Shown: piece by piece, positions 12,901-24,915 of the stretch
How positions within the stretch are numbered: the stretch's first letter is position 1
Layout: the number at the start of each line of letters is the position of its first letter
NCBI GenBank assembly: GCA_964016885.1
Contig: OZ024740.1
Location: forward strand, 361,398,001-361,462,000
Direction of reading: 5' to 3'
DNA: 64,000 nt
DNA from: Eledone cirrhosa
Lineage: Eukaryota
Program-made: the position numbers and the translations under genes
Notes under the pieces: generated by a model
What the model saw: only the letters and a program-made list of their open reading frames with translations
Databases searched by the model: none
Told to the model about the DNA's origin: nothing

Positions 12901-14114
12901 CCATATATATGACCAAAGGTAAACATCTGTCATGATCCCTGATGGTAATCCAAGAATGTGCTTTACCATGTGACCATGAATTACCATGTGAGCATGTTTA
13001 ATAAAGTGAACAAAGGAACTAAAAAAAAAAAAGAAAAAATCAACAAGACAGGATATGGTACAAATTGAGAACATCAGCCCAACATTCATATGAAGTGATA
13101 AAATTTAATAGCAACCCCAGTCAAGTTCTTTCTGAGAAAACTGAGGTAAAACAGGGAAAAAGGGGTTGGAGAAAATTTACATGTAAATATTTTGAATGTA
13201 CATGGAAATTCATCTCAACCTTTTCTCCCCTACTCCTTCTTACCTCCCTCTCAGTCTCCTGAAATCTGTAGTTCCATGGTTTTCGCCAGTTTAGAACAAT
13301 GCTCAGTTTTGACAGAGTCAGTAGTACTTTGAATTAAATGCCTGCCTCATTATTTTTTCTGGCTCACTGTGCCGAGGGTTCAGATCCTGCCATAGTCAAC
13401 TTTGTTATTCATCTTTTTACGGTTGATAACTAAAGTACCAATCTAGTCATGGGGTCAAGTCTCTCTTGTCTTCTCCAAAAGAAATTGGCTGCGTTCAGAT
13501 ATGGAAAGAGATGGGCTCTGTCAAGATATGGGCTCTGTCAGATTGCCTAAGACATGCTGTGAGTCAGGATGGCATCCTAACAATCATCAGGAGTTAAGGG
13601 CTCACTGCTTTCCTTTCCTTTAGTTTAACATACATACAATTACACACATAGTGAAGTACGAAAGCTAGATGGTATTTCTATTAAAGATCTAGTGATATTT
13701 ATCGTTTAATAAAAAATGCTTCTTGAGCAGCTTAAAGAAAATGTATGCCAATCCTGGTGTATTTCAGTTGATTTGATCAATGGGACAGAGTTCTCATGAA
13801 ATTAACATGCAAGTGATTGAGCACTCTATAGACATGTGTACCTTTAATGTAATACTCAGGGATATTCAGTATGACATGTGTGATAAATTTTACTCTTTGA
13901 ATTAAAGGTACAATTCAATTTTTATCAGAGTGGATTGGAGCAATGTGAAATGAAATGTCTTGTTCAAAGAAACAATGCACTGCTGGAAATCAAGCACATT
14001 ACCTAACTACCATGAGCCAAACACTATCACTAAGCTATGCACCGTCACATATATACATATAGACAAGAGAACAGTAAGTAAAGATTGTATGGGGGAAATA
14101 TTTTTGTTAGAGTC

Positions 14115-14310
14115 ATGAGAGCATCAAACAAAATGCTTTGCAGTATTTGTTCCAACTCTTTATGTTCTAAGTTCAAATCCTGCCATGGTAAACTTTGCCT
14201 TTCATCCTTCTGGTGTTGATACAATAAAGTACCAGTCAAATACTGGTTTGTTTTAATCGATTTTCCCATTTGTTCAAATTGCTGGCATTGAGACTAAATT
14301 AGAACCATTC
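14115..14310 (+). mobile_element. tRNA-derived SINE family B, decayed
   Basis: gttcaaatcctgcc...tttgcctttcatcct...ataaagtaccagt. Confidence 0.7.
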
Positions 14311-14554
14311 TTTGTTCTAACTTTCTATCAGTTCCTTTATTTTTAGCATAAGTGCTTGAAAAACCAGAATCTACAATGTTTTTATTTTCAACAACATATG
14401 AATAAGAAGCTTTTTCCTGTTGACAGATACTTTCCTTAATTCTCATGGCTACATATCAGATATCAGTCTATGAATGAGGATGTAGTTGTATTTACCAACT
14501 CATACTAGTAACAGGCTCTATACACTTCTTATACATGGATACGTGGTGTTTTTT

Positions 14555-14775
14555 TGCTTGGTGGCTAAGAGGAAAGGGTGTTCAGTTCCTGATTATAATG
14601 TTTTGAGCTTGAATCCTTGTGGCACATTATGTCCTTGAGCAAGACACTTTATTTCACATTGCTCCAGTCCACTCAGCTGGAACAAATGAGTTGTACATGT
14701 GATTTAAAAAGCCAGCATGTCACATTCTGTGTCATACTGAATCTCTTTGAGAATTATGTTAAGGGGAGACTTGTA
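14555..14775 (+). mobile_element. tRNA-derived SINE family A-related, decayed
   Basis: gtccttgagcaagacactttatttcacattgctccagtccactcagctg. Confidence 0.7.
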
Positions 14776-14894
14776 CATTAGTTTTATTAGGGAGGATCAA
14801 CACACAGACATAGTCATATATATTAAGAAAAATGATGAAGTTTACATGTATTTAAGTTTTCATTGTGTATCGACTTGTTACCACCTGTAATACA

Positions 14895-14976
<82 letters not shown>

Positions 14977-15174
14977 GAAAATGATTTTTTTAAAATAAAA
15001 AAACCAAAAGAAAAAGAAAAAAAATGAGATATCATACACGGGTGAAAGTATAAGGAAAAGAAGTCGAAAATGCCTTTTCGACTTCTGCATACATACATAA
15101 ACCCATGCTGAATGAAAATAAAAGTAATATATATAAACATACACATACCGACCATAATTAAATATGGAATGATA

Positions 15175-15363
15175 TGCGATGGAGCCCCCCACAGCCCCGG
15201 CGGTCAGAATGGAGAAGGCATTTCCAGGGAGGATGGCATGGGAGACGCGCTGGAAAAGCCACTCCAACTCGCAGGGCTCACACCTGCGGCTGGGCAGCTC
15301 AGCACCTATAGTGGTGAGAAGGGAGGTAGCCCTGGGGCCGAGGTCACCAGAAGTCTCCACTGT
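15175..15363 (-). mobile_element. CRE-clade element 3' fragment
   Basis: VETSGDLGPRATSLL...LFQRVSHAILPGNA; same family as 26590-26775. Confidence 0.85.
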
Positions 15364-15416
15364 CAGCGTGGAAGATAGACGTTAAACGATGATCATGATG
15401 ATGATATATATATATA

Positions 15417-15870
15417 TAGGTGGATGCTCTGAAGGTACACTAGCTAGAGTGAGAACCAGATGGAAGAAATTCAGGGAGCTATTATCTCTGATGACTACAA
15501 AGGGTTTCTCTCTTCAGATGAAAGATAGATTGTTTGAAGCCTCTTTGAGAACTGCTATGCTGCATGGAATTGAGACTTGGACCTTGACTGCAGAGGATCT
15601 GTGAAGATTGGAAAGAAATGAGGAGAGCGAGCCCTGATGGATGTGTTATAGCAGCATGCATGAAAGATGAAGTATCAACGAACTGAGGGACCAGCTGAGC
15701 ACAAGAGGGATTAGATACAATATGCATAAGAGGAGACTGTATTGGTGTGGATATGTGATGTGCAGGGAGAATGACAGCTACATAAAAAAGTACAGAGCTC
15801 TCAAAGTTGATGGAATATGAGGAAGATGAAGACCCAGGAAATGGGATGATATGGTAAATGCTGACTTTGT
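15417..15870 (+). mobile_element. Old RTE LINE C-terminal fragment
   Basis: GGCSEGTLARVRTRWKKFRELL...AMLHGIETW with stops; starts at (TA)n. Confidence 0.8.
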
Positions 15871-15874
15871 GCAG

Positions 15875-16087
15875 TTAAACCGGCCATATCTGGCCAGAAT
15901 TCTCTCACCTCTTTCTGTTGAAACTGGCCGTAACTGGTCACTCATACTGATATTAAAGTATTGTTCTCGAAATAAATAACAAAATCTCGTAGATTAGATA
16001 TTATGTGAGATAATTATATAAGATAAAGCCTTTACCACAAAAATACAATAGTATATATATAGAGAAATGTTAATGCTAAAGGTTTAA
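15875..16087. mobile_element. Possible TTAA-type (piggyBac-like) MITE remnant
   Basis: Starts ttaaaccggccatatc, ends aatgctaaaggtttaa; termini degenerate. Confidence 0.35.
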
Positions 16088-16555
16088 ACTTCACAGAGGT
16101 GATGCCATAATATTAAGTTGGCTGGTGATATGCCATATGACAGAAGACTCTCCATACAAGTGGCAACATACTTCCCACTCCTGCTTGAAAGAGAGGGTCA
16201 TCCCACCATGGTCTGGTAACATTGGAGTCAACTTTCCTGGCTAGCAATAGGGGGGGGGGGGCGTATATCCACTGATGCATTAGAAAAACCAATAGAAACA
16301 TTTGTTTCCTTTGTCTAATCTTAAGATCGGCTACTTGAGTGGGGGTGGAGGAGGGAGGTTTGCTTGTTATTTATTTCAGGCTGGGTGGCCATAGAGTGGC
16401 TCACTCATTGATTTGTGTTAGTTAAAGATGTTGGAGTAAGAATTTTAAAGTTACTATTTCTGTAACTCAAGGAATTTGAAATATGTAAAACATACACACA
16501 CACATATGTATACAGTATAAGATTATATACATACATACATACATACATACATACA

Positions 16556-16586
<31 letters not shown>

Positions 16587-16669
16587 GTGTCTTGTGTCTA
16601 TGTTAGAAACCGACTCTCTCTCTGTTGGTAAAAATTTGTGAAATTATAAAACCAGAACATACATACATA

Positions 16670-16712
<43 letters not shown>

Positions 16713-16718
<6 letters not shown>

Positions 16719-17851
16719 CCAATTTATGTCCCAAATGCAAAGTATGGGTGCATAAAAGATGTAGTGGGATCACAGGTAAGCTAACTAAGAACATAGATTT
16801 TACATATGGCCGGTGCTCTGGTGCAATAAGTAGCAGCAAGTGCCCACATAATACTAGCTCTTACAACTGCGCAGAGGGCTCTATAGAAATAGTGGACAGC
16901 TTCCGTTACCTGGGTGACAAAATCAGCAGTGGGGGAGGGTGCTCAGAAAGTACTGTAGCTAGAGTCAGAACTGGGTGGAAAAAGTTCAGAGAGCTTATAC
17001 CACTATTAGCTGCTAAAGGGTTCTCCCTAAAAATGAAAGGCAGGTTGTATGATACCTGCATACGAACAGCAATGTTGCATGGCAGTGAGACCTGGGCATT
17101 GTGTGCAGAGGATATACGCAGACTAGAGAGGAACGAAGCTTGCATGCTCCGCTGGATGTGTAACAGTAATATACGTGAACGGCAAAGCATAAACGAACTA
17201 AGGAAAAAATTAGAAATAAGAGGGATCAGATTCGAGAGAAGGCTACGTTGGTATGGACACGTGATGCGCATGAAAGTCGATAGCTGTATAACAAAGTGCA
17301 GGGCAATAAAGATAGACGGTAGCCACGGAATAGGCAGACCTAGAAAAACCTGGGACGAGCTGATAAACTCCGACCTCACACACTTACACCTCTCCAAGAC
17401 AATGTCACTGGACCGAGACCTTTGGCGGTACTCAGTAACAGAGAAGACCCGCCTTACCTAAATACATAGTAAAACCTACTACAGCCAGTAGGCATCTCTA
17501 ACAAAATACACCCCGTCCCACCACCCCCACCCCATCCACACCACCCTCTTCTATGTAAAGTTATGTCGGTGCCACGCCATCCAGGCCGAAAGAAATGAGA
17601 TCGTGTAGGTGTCACGACAAAAAAACACAGTCCACGCTGTAATGTGGCCGTGTAGGCAACACGGTAAAAACCTCCCAGACCCACACTGTAAATGTGGTTG
17701 GTGTTAGGAAGGGCATCCAACTGTAGAAAACCTGCCAGACAGTCCTATGCGAGCAAGACAATCACTCTTGCCTCAAGTGGGAATACCCCCGTCCAAACCC
17801 ATGCAAGCGTGGAACACGGACGTTAAACGTTGATGATGATGATGATGATGA
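16713..17851 (+). mobile_element. 5'-truncated RTE LINE between two TA-rich tracts
   Basis: ORF 16625-17461 nearly identical to the C-terminus of the 825-aa ORF; tail gacgttaaacgtt(gat)n. Confidence 0.95.
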
Positions 17852-17875
17852 TCTATATATTTATGTGTGGGTATG

Positions 17876-17953
<78 letters not shown>

Positions 17954-18086
17954 CAGAGGTTATATTTAATTTGTTGGGATTCAACAAGCTTAAACATTTT
18001 TATAACTGATATAAAGCACTCAACAAATAGTGGAGTAAATATACAATATATTAATAAATAGAAACTATATTTATAAAAGCATAATT

Positions 18087-18150
18087 ATTTTATTATATAT
18101 ATTTCAAGGGCGACCAAGGTAAATTATGGTGCGCTTTCATCAGATAAAAT
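18087..18150 (-). ncRNA. Minimal type I hammerhead ribozyme
   Basis: attttat-CTGATGA-aagcgcacca...tggtcgccctt-GAAA-tatata-TA-ataaaat. Confidence 0.75.
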
Positions 18151-18285
18151 ACAGATTTGTTTTATAAATAAATATTAACATACCCGGAAAATGACAACCT
18201 CAACGGTTGAAATTCGCTGGAATTTCAACCGTTGAGGTTGTCTTTTTTCCGGGTATGTCAATATTTATTTATAAAACAAATCTGT

Positions 18286-18632
18286 ATTTTATCTGATGAA
18301 AGCGCACCAGGGTTCTTCAAAACACAACAGAACTATGTTCAGAGAACGTGAGGCCGCCTGTGAGACGTCGGACCGGCTGGGACTTAGCCCAGTAGACGTC
18401 CCTCTTCCTTCTCCCCCTGTTGACGTCAAGTCTCCCCAACGCACTTGGGATGCCATCCAGTGCGGCCTGGCCTCAGACAGGCTCACGCGCCAGCTCGACC
18501 AGCACCGCCTTGCTTGTTTTCGTGCGGCCTCCAAACCCCACAGTGGTGCCTGGCTTCATGGCCTGCCCTCCTTCTCCACCTGGACACTCAAAGAATTTAT
18601 CTTGGTCGCCCTTGAAATATATATAATAAAAT
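18286..18632 (+). ncRNA. Hammerhead ribozyme with a ~280-nt insertion in the stem II loop
   Basis: attttat-CTGATGA-aagcgcacca [CRE fragment] ttggtcgccctt-GAAA-tatata-TA-ataaaat. Confidence 0.65.
18308..18583 (+). mobile_element. Internal CRE-element fragment
   Basis: Matches 25863-26141 (FREREAACET...SKPHSGAWLH). Confidence 0.9.
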
Positions 18633-18671
18633 AATTATGGTTTTATAAATATAGTTTCCATTTATTAATAT

Positions 18672-18711
<40 letters not shown>

Positions 18712-18939
18712 ATATTAATAAATGCATATATATATATATATGCATATATATATATATATATATGCATACATACACATAATATTAATTAGTTAATTATTTT
18801 TAAAATCAGTTAGCAGTCCTCAGTTCCCCCTCTCACCTCCTCACAGTCTTGTTTCTCATTCCTCTTTCTCACTCTCATTTCTGTTCTCCCTGTCAAAAGT
18901 TCACGTTCATGGAACCCTAAACGATTCAAGGTCACTGCA

Positions 18940-19068
18940 GTGACGTCATGGGTTGCTATGTGTAACTAAGGTATTGACTACGTTGAGGAAAAACTTGGTT
19001 ACAAAGGCTATCACGTTACCACAGTTACCACTAATCATAAAACAGTGATGATGCTGATTTGTCCACAA

Positions 19069-19070
<2 letters not shown>
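18940..19070 (+). repeat. Unclassified dispersed repeat, second copy at ~22510-22640
   Basis: gtgacgtcatgggttgctat.tgtaactaaggtattga...ttggttacaaaggctatcacgt shared. Confidence 0.75.
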
Positions 19071-19099
<29 letters not shown>

Positions 19100-19348
19100 C
19101 GCGCGTGTGTGTATGTATGTGTGTATGCGTGTGTGTGTGTTTTCATCCACCCATCTACCTATCCCTATATCTACCACAAATACATATATAGTAGAGGTTT
19201 AACACACACACACATATTTATATATATAAAATTAGAATTTTATATTTCGCCCTAGCACAGCTGATACATAAATGTAAGTATGCACACGCACACATATGTA
19301 TATATACACACACACACACACATATATATATATACGATCAAAGTCACT

Positions 19349-19384
<36 letters not shown>

Positions 19385-19414
19385 AGATCAAAAGATGGTT
19401 AAAAGAGTTCCAAG

Positions 19415-19485
19415 TATTTTATTATGCGCATTTCAAAAACAAATATCATCATGGGATGATATCTGCGTTCTCATCAAATAAAATA
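19415..19485 (-). ncRNA. Variant hammerhead ribozyme (core TTGATGA)
   Basis: tattttat-TTGATGA-16-bp stem II (gaacgcagatatcatc/gatgatatttgttttt)-GAAA-tgcgca-TA-ataaaata. Confidence 0.7.
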
Positions 19486-19526
19486 GGGATACATGATATG
19501 AAGCTTAAAAAACACTTGTGAATAGG

Positions 19527-19687
19527 GAAGTTTTAAATCAACATATGAAAAATAAATTAACATTGATGTATGAGATTGGGAAAAAGTGAGGGGGTTGGGA
19601 GGGTTTGGAAAAGGTAAGGAACCCTCACTTTTCCCCAATCTCATACATCAATCTTAATTTATTTTTCATATGTTGATTTAAAACTTC
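19527..19687. repeat. Inverted repeat with ~65-bp arms at the junction of two opposed PLE termini
   Basis: gaagttttaaatcaacatatg...aagtgaggg / ccctcactt...catatgttgatttaaaacttc. Confidence 0.85.
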
Positions 19688-19767
19688 TATCCTGATGTCT
19701 TCCAAAAGTAACGGTAGCATTTTGAAAGGGTATGTCAATATTTATTTATAAAACTGGTATATATTGT

Positions 19768-19830
19768 ATTTTGTCTGATGAAAGCATACCATAATTTAAC
19801 ATGGTATCCTTGAAATATGTATAATAAAAT
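19768..19830 (+). ncRNA. Minimal type I hammerhead ribozyme
   Basis: attttgt-CTGATGA-aagcataccat...atggtatcctt-GAAA-tatgta-TA-ataaaat; ~40 nt upstream of (TA)n. Confidence 0.75.
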
Positions 19831-20203
19831 AGATATGGTTTTATAAATATAGTTTCCATTTGTTAATATCGTATATATATATATACAAGTAACAATCTGC
19901 CGCGCTCTAATCCTGTATAAATAAGACACGCGTGCATGCTACACGTGAGATTGTTTCATACACTGACTACTCTAAACTTTCCTCTTGCTTTATCTTCATA
20001 AACTGCCAATGTTTTATTTTTATTTTTATTTTTATTTTTATTCTTATTTTAATTTTAATTTTAATCCTTTAACCTTTATATGTAAATTGCCATGCTATAT
20101 CATTTTGATGGATGTCATCCCACTGTGGATCAATATATGCATATGTTTTTATATGTCTCGTGTGTTGAAAAGGAGGTCAAGTATGTTATAGATCACTAAA
20201 TAG

Positions 20204-20252
20204 TTGCTCCGAAGAATCCAAACCTCGGTTTGGAGGAAACAATTGTAAGCAA
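20204..20252 (+). ncRNA. Variant hammerhead ribozyme (core CCGAAGA)
   Basis: ttgct-CCGAAGA-a-tccaaac-ctcg-gtttgga-g-GAAA-caattg-TA-agcaa; all three stems pair. Confidence 0.7.
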
Positions 20253-20283
20253 ATAAATGATTTAAACTGAACTTTGATTATTG

Positions 20284-20402
<119 letters not shown>

Positions 20403-20530
20403 AAAGTTCTATTTAAATTGTTGGGATACAACAAGCAAATATTTTTATAACTGATATAAAGCACTCGACAAGTATTTGGAGTAAATATACGATATTAACA
20501 AATGGAAACTATATTTATAAAACCATATCT

Positions 20531-20593
20531 ATTTTATTATACATATTTCAAGGATACCATGTTAAATTATGGTATGCTTTCATCAGACAAAAT
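20531..20593 (-). ncRNA. Minimal type I hammerhead ribozyme
   Basis: Reverse complement of the 19768-19830 motif. Confidence 0.75.
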
Positions 20594-20649
20594 ACAATAT
20601 ATACCAGTTTTATAATATATACCAGTTTTATAAAACTGGTATATATTGT

Positions 20650-20712
20650 ATTTTGTCTGATGAAAGCATACCATAATTTAACATGGCATCCTTGAAATAT
20701 GTATAATAAAAT
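20650..20712 (+). ncRNA. Minimal type I hammerhead ribozyme
   Basis: Same as 19768-19830 with one stem II substitution. Confidence 0.75.
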
Positions 20713-20752
20713 AGATATGGTTTTATAAATATAGTTTCCATTTGTTAATATC

Positions 20753-20814
<62 letters not shown>

Positions 20815-20867
20815 GGAAAAAATGAAACGAAATTTCATTTCCCACTCTTAGTACGGCTGTTACTTAA

Positions 20868-21512
20868 ATATAAGTATGTACAGGTACATACATATATGTA
20901 TACAGACGTACAGTAGTATGTATATATATATATACATACATGCACACATATATATATATATGTACGTATGGATTCACCGAACATTTATTATAATGCTCGG
21001 TGTGTTTGTAAACAAGCATCCCGTATTAAGCCGTAGTGTCTAGCAACCATCGTTGCTCGTTTGTTCAACACTGACAAAGGAACGCTGTACTAGTTTCAAG
21101 CTTATTAGCAACGTATACCTTCCTGCCAGATTGTTGAACGTATATACTTACCTTATGCATATTAACGGCTGAGTAGCCCAATTTGCATATCAAGTGGGTT
21201 AATCGGCCGGATTATGCATAAGGTAAGTATATACGTTCAACAATCTGGCAGGAAGGTATACGTTGCTGACGATAACTAATAAGCTTGAAACTAGTACAGC
21301 GTTCCTTTGTCAGTGTTGAACAAACGAGCAACGATGGTTGCTAGACACTACGGCTTAATACGGGATGTTTGTTTACAAACACACCGAGCATTATAATAAA
21401 TGTTCGGTGAATCCATACGTACATATATATATATGTGCGCATGTATGTATATATATATACATACTACTGTACGTCTGTATACATATATGTATGTACGTGT
21501 ACATACTTATAT
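20868..21512. repeat. 645-bp palindrome (PLE-terminus fold-back), arms ~295 bp, spacer ~51 bp
   Basis: ataagtatgtaca...ccttatgcata / tatgcataagg...tgtacatacttat; homologous single arm at ~54580-54780. Confidence 0.92.
21261..21301 (+). ncRNA. Minimal hammerhead ribozyme
   Basis: cgttg-CTGACGA-taactaataagctt-GAAA-ctag-TA-cagcg; stem II weak. Confidence 0.65.
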
Positions 21513-21513
21513 A

Positions 21514-22133
21514 GGCATAGGTTAAGTTTAACGTCCGGATAATGAAAGTAGATTTTCTGACAAGTGAATGTGTTTGTTTGTTTTTTTTACAGTGACAGTT
21601 ACGATACAGTTTGTTTATTTACAACAGGTCTCTATAGTGATATGGTGTTAATTAGTATTGCGTGTGTGATTCTTTTTTCTTTTTCTTTTATTGTGTATTG
21701 TGTGTACGGAAAATGGCATTGTGTGTTGAAATAAATAAATTTTTTAAAAATAACTACATAGTTAGACGTTTGTTGCATATAACATAAATTGACGTACATT
21801 ATCTGTATTTCAGCTATTTATACGGTCTAATAAGGATGTTGATAAGGTACGTCAATTTATATGTTATATGCAACAAACGTCTAACTATGTAGTTATTTAA
21901 AAAAAATTTCTTTCTTTCAACACACAATGTCATTTTCCGTACACACAATACACAAAAAAAGAAAAAGAAAAAAGAATCACACACGCAATACTAATTAACA
22001 CCATATCACTATAGAGACCTGTTGTAAATAAACAAACTGTATCGTAACTGTCATTGTAAAAAAACAAAACAAACACATTCACTTGTCAGAAAATTTACTT
22101 TCATTATCTCGGACGTTAAACTTAACCTATGCC
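21514..22133. repeat. 620-bp palindrome, arms ~290 bp, spacer ~37 bp
   Basis: ggcataggttaagtttaacgtcc.../...ggacgttaaacttaacctatgcc; abuts the previous palindrome and a (TA)n. Confidence 0.92.
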
Positions 22134-22134
22134 A

Positions 22135-22216
<82 letters not shown>

Positions 22217-23114
22217 TATACATATACATAAATGTGTGTGCATACTTACACACACACACATATATATATATAAACTTTGTTAATCTATCTCCGGTCAAAT
22301 TTTATTGTGATTGATTGATTTTATTCTATCATATTGATACAGCAACTGAACAATCTAATAGTTATTTTATTTTACATTAAAAACAACAACACATATATAG
22401 CATAAAAAGAACATTACAATAAATCCCATATTTACAAACCACTCCCGTTTATTTCAACCAACTCCGCTTATAAGAAAGGAAATGTCCACCTCACTATTAA
22501 CTATTAATAGTGACGTCATGGGTTGCTATATGTAACTAAGGTATTGATGACGTTAAGGAAAACCTTGGTTACAAAGGCTATCACGTCACCACGGTGACGA
22601 CTAGTCATAAGACATTGACGATGCTGGTTTGTTTACAAGTTGACAAACCCCAACTACATGTCTCGATGTAGCAAGCAAAAATACGTATGACTGTCTCTCA
22701 CTCTCCATCTCTCTCTCTGTTTCTATCTATCTATTCATCCAGTAACCTACTATCCCCATATCTACCGCAAATGCATATATATAGTAGAGGTTCAATACAC
22801 ACAGACACATACACAAGAGTGACTTGGCAAATTTTATCAACTAAGTCTCTTATCTATTATAAGCATATTCTTTACATCGTAAACTTGGAGATTTTTCTCA
22901 GGTCTAATTATAATGTGTATTTCATTTATCAATTGTCATTGGGCGTTGGTAACCTGTTTTACTCTGCTTATTATTAATGTTACTACAGTCCTTAACTGCA
23001 AATGGCGCTGTCCTGGCACATGGCGTGTCTTGGGAATTTAAAACCTGGTGGAGTCCATCCGTTGCTAGGTCTGAACTCTGGTGATTCTTCCACACAGGCA
23101 CACACACACATATA

Positions 23115-23350
23115 TAATTGTTTCTACTTTTGACACAAGGCCAGCAATTACTCCAGTGCATTACTGGTACTTTATTTATCGACCTCACCGCCTTTATAGT
23201 ATAATTGTTTCTACTTTTGCGAGATTTGAACTCAGACCGTAAAGGGCTGTAACTCTATGCCGAAAAGCATGGCGTCCGACCTTCTACTGATACTGCGAAT
23301 CCACCGCCTTTATAATATAATTGTTTCTACTTTTGGCACAAGGCCAGCAA
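23115..23350 (-). mobile_element. Cluster of SINE family B fragments
   Basis: Three ataattgtttctacttt tails; gatttgaactcaga...aatccaccgcct head. Confidence 0.75.
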
Positions 23351-23507
23351 GTCGGTCGATTACTTTGAACAACCAACATTTTTACTCGGAATAATTATAT
23401 ATACTAGCAGAAACCGCCCTTGGCAATTTTCTGCTAGCATATGTAGAGTGCATATTAGTATTATACGCAAATATATAGATATATGTAACTTGAAAAGTAA
23501 ATTGACA

Positions 23508-24127
23508 ATTTCTTCTTCTTCACCCACTTATTTCTGAGAGAGTCGTGGGGGCAGAGTCCTTCTCAATCACTCCTTCCAGCAAGTCTGTCAGTAGCAAACA
23601 TCTTTAACTGATCCAGCTGGATCCCAAAGCATGACCAGCCAAGCTCATGGATGTTATCCAACTATCTTGCTGAAGGTCTACCTCTGGGTCTCTTGCTGGT
23701 TGGTTTTGCCTGTAAAATGTGTCCAGCTATTCTTTACTGAGACATTCTTACCACATGCTTATAATATCGGAGTTGTGATCTCTCAATTCTACAAGGAATG
23801 ACTTTCTGGTCTCTGAGTTATGCACTTTATCGAGTAACATTACTCCAAAGATCCTTCGGAGGAATCCCATTTCTGCCACTTATTTGCAATTGTATTCTTT
23901 TGGTCATTACTCAAGATTCATGATCCTCGGTAAGAGTTGGCAGGAATACCAGGAAGATAGCGAGTTTGGCTTTTACACCTACATCTGATTGCTGAGGCTG
24001 GCGCTTTACTGCATCAGCTTTTGCAATTGTTGCACTTAATTCAGCCTCCTACATTCCATCACTTATGAACACGGTTCCAAGATATTTGAACTTCTCTAAC
24101 TGCTTCAGCAAAACTCCATTCACATGT
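23508..24127 (-). mobile_element. Expander-like RTE LINE 3' fragment with (GAA)n tail
   Basis: EKFKYLG, AEMGFLRRIFG, KRPRGRPSAR; tail ttcttcttc on the + strand. Confidence 0.8.
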
Positions 24128-24334
24128 ATATAAATTTGAGGAACTTCTGTCCACCCGTCCATCACACAATGTGTATGTGTGTTTGTGTGACTGTATGTGT
24201 GTGTAAAAGGAAAGAAAGGGATACACACATATATGTCTCTAACTTAAAAACAGTGACACACACACACACGTGTCTCTAATTTAAGAACGCCGACAAACTC
24301 ACGCGCGCGCACATACACACACTGTCCTATTACC

Positions 24335-24915
24335 ACTCAAGAGCTTTGGCCCGGGCAAACATCCTCTCAATTTTGGAACCGTCTGGGTTGTCCTGAATTG
24401 ATGGGAAAAGACTTGACGGACTTCCTCTGTGCTCCTGGTCAAGAGGCAGGTGCCTTACCCGAGACGTCACAGTTAGTGACTCTTTTACTTCTTCCCACAT
24501 TCTGGATGCAGCGGTAAGGGCGAGAGCTACAGCATCCGCAGCTGAACGGAACAAAATCCTAAAATACCGTGTTCTGTCAGCTAACTACATTATCCAGCCT
24601 GTGGCGTTCGAGACGTTGGGGGAGTCGGGCCACTGACAGCGACGTTCTTATCTTTACTGGCGGCTCGCCAAACAGAGGTTACTGGTGATGCTCGTGGGGG
24701 CACTTGGTTGTTCCAGCACCTCAGCCTCGCCATCACCCCAGGTAACGCTGCGAGCGTGCTGGCTTGCCTAAAAAATTATTAGAGAGGTTTCCCAGTGCTC
24801 CTCGCTATATTGCTATCTTTTGCTCTGGTAGCGGCTCGTTTACCAGCTTGTATATTTTTCTCTTTCTTTTTTCCTTTCCCTTTCTTTTGTATATTTTATA
24901 TTTGTTAGTGTTTTC
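24335..24915 (+). mobile_element. CRE-clade element, second family: restriction-like endonuclease region plus 3' UTR
   Basis: RALARANILSILEPSGL*.DGKRLDG...DVTVSD...AERNKILKY...PVAFETLG. Confidence 0.75.

Larger units (their letters stand above)
17951..18678. mobile_element. Head-to-head inverted pair of Penelope-like 3' termini bounded by (TA)n
   Basis: Arms mirror about ~18217 (caacggttgaaattc/gaatttcaaccgttg); each arm has a hammerhead; right arm interrupted at 18308-18590. Confidence 0.85.

Noticed and set aside
14427-14473. Possible terminal host exon after ttttcctgttgacag (TFLNSHGYISDISL*)
   Set aside because: Too short, with no recognisable homology or partner exons; cannot be supported without transcripts.
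23000-23080. ~80-bp repeat also at 63245-63337 (minus) with a GC hairpin, considered as a structured RNA
   Set aside because: Only two decayed copies and no recognisable ribozyme or Pol III motifs; left unclassified.
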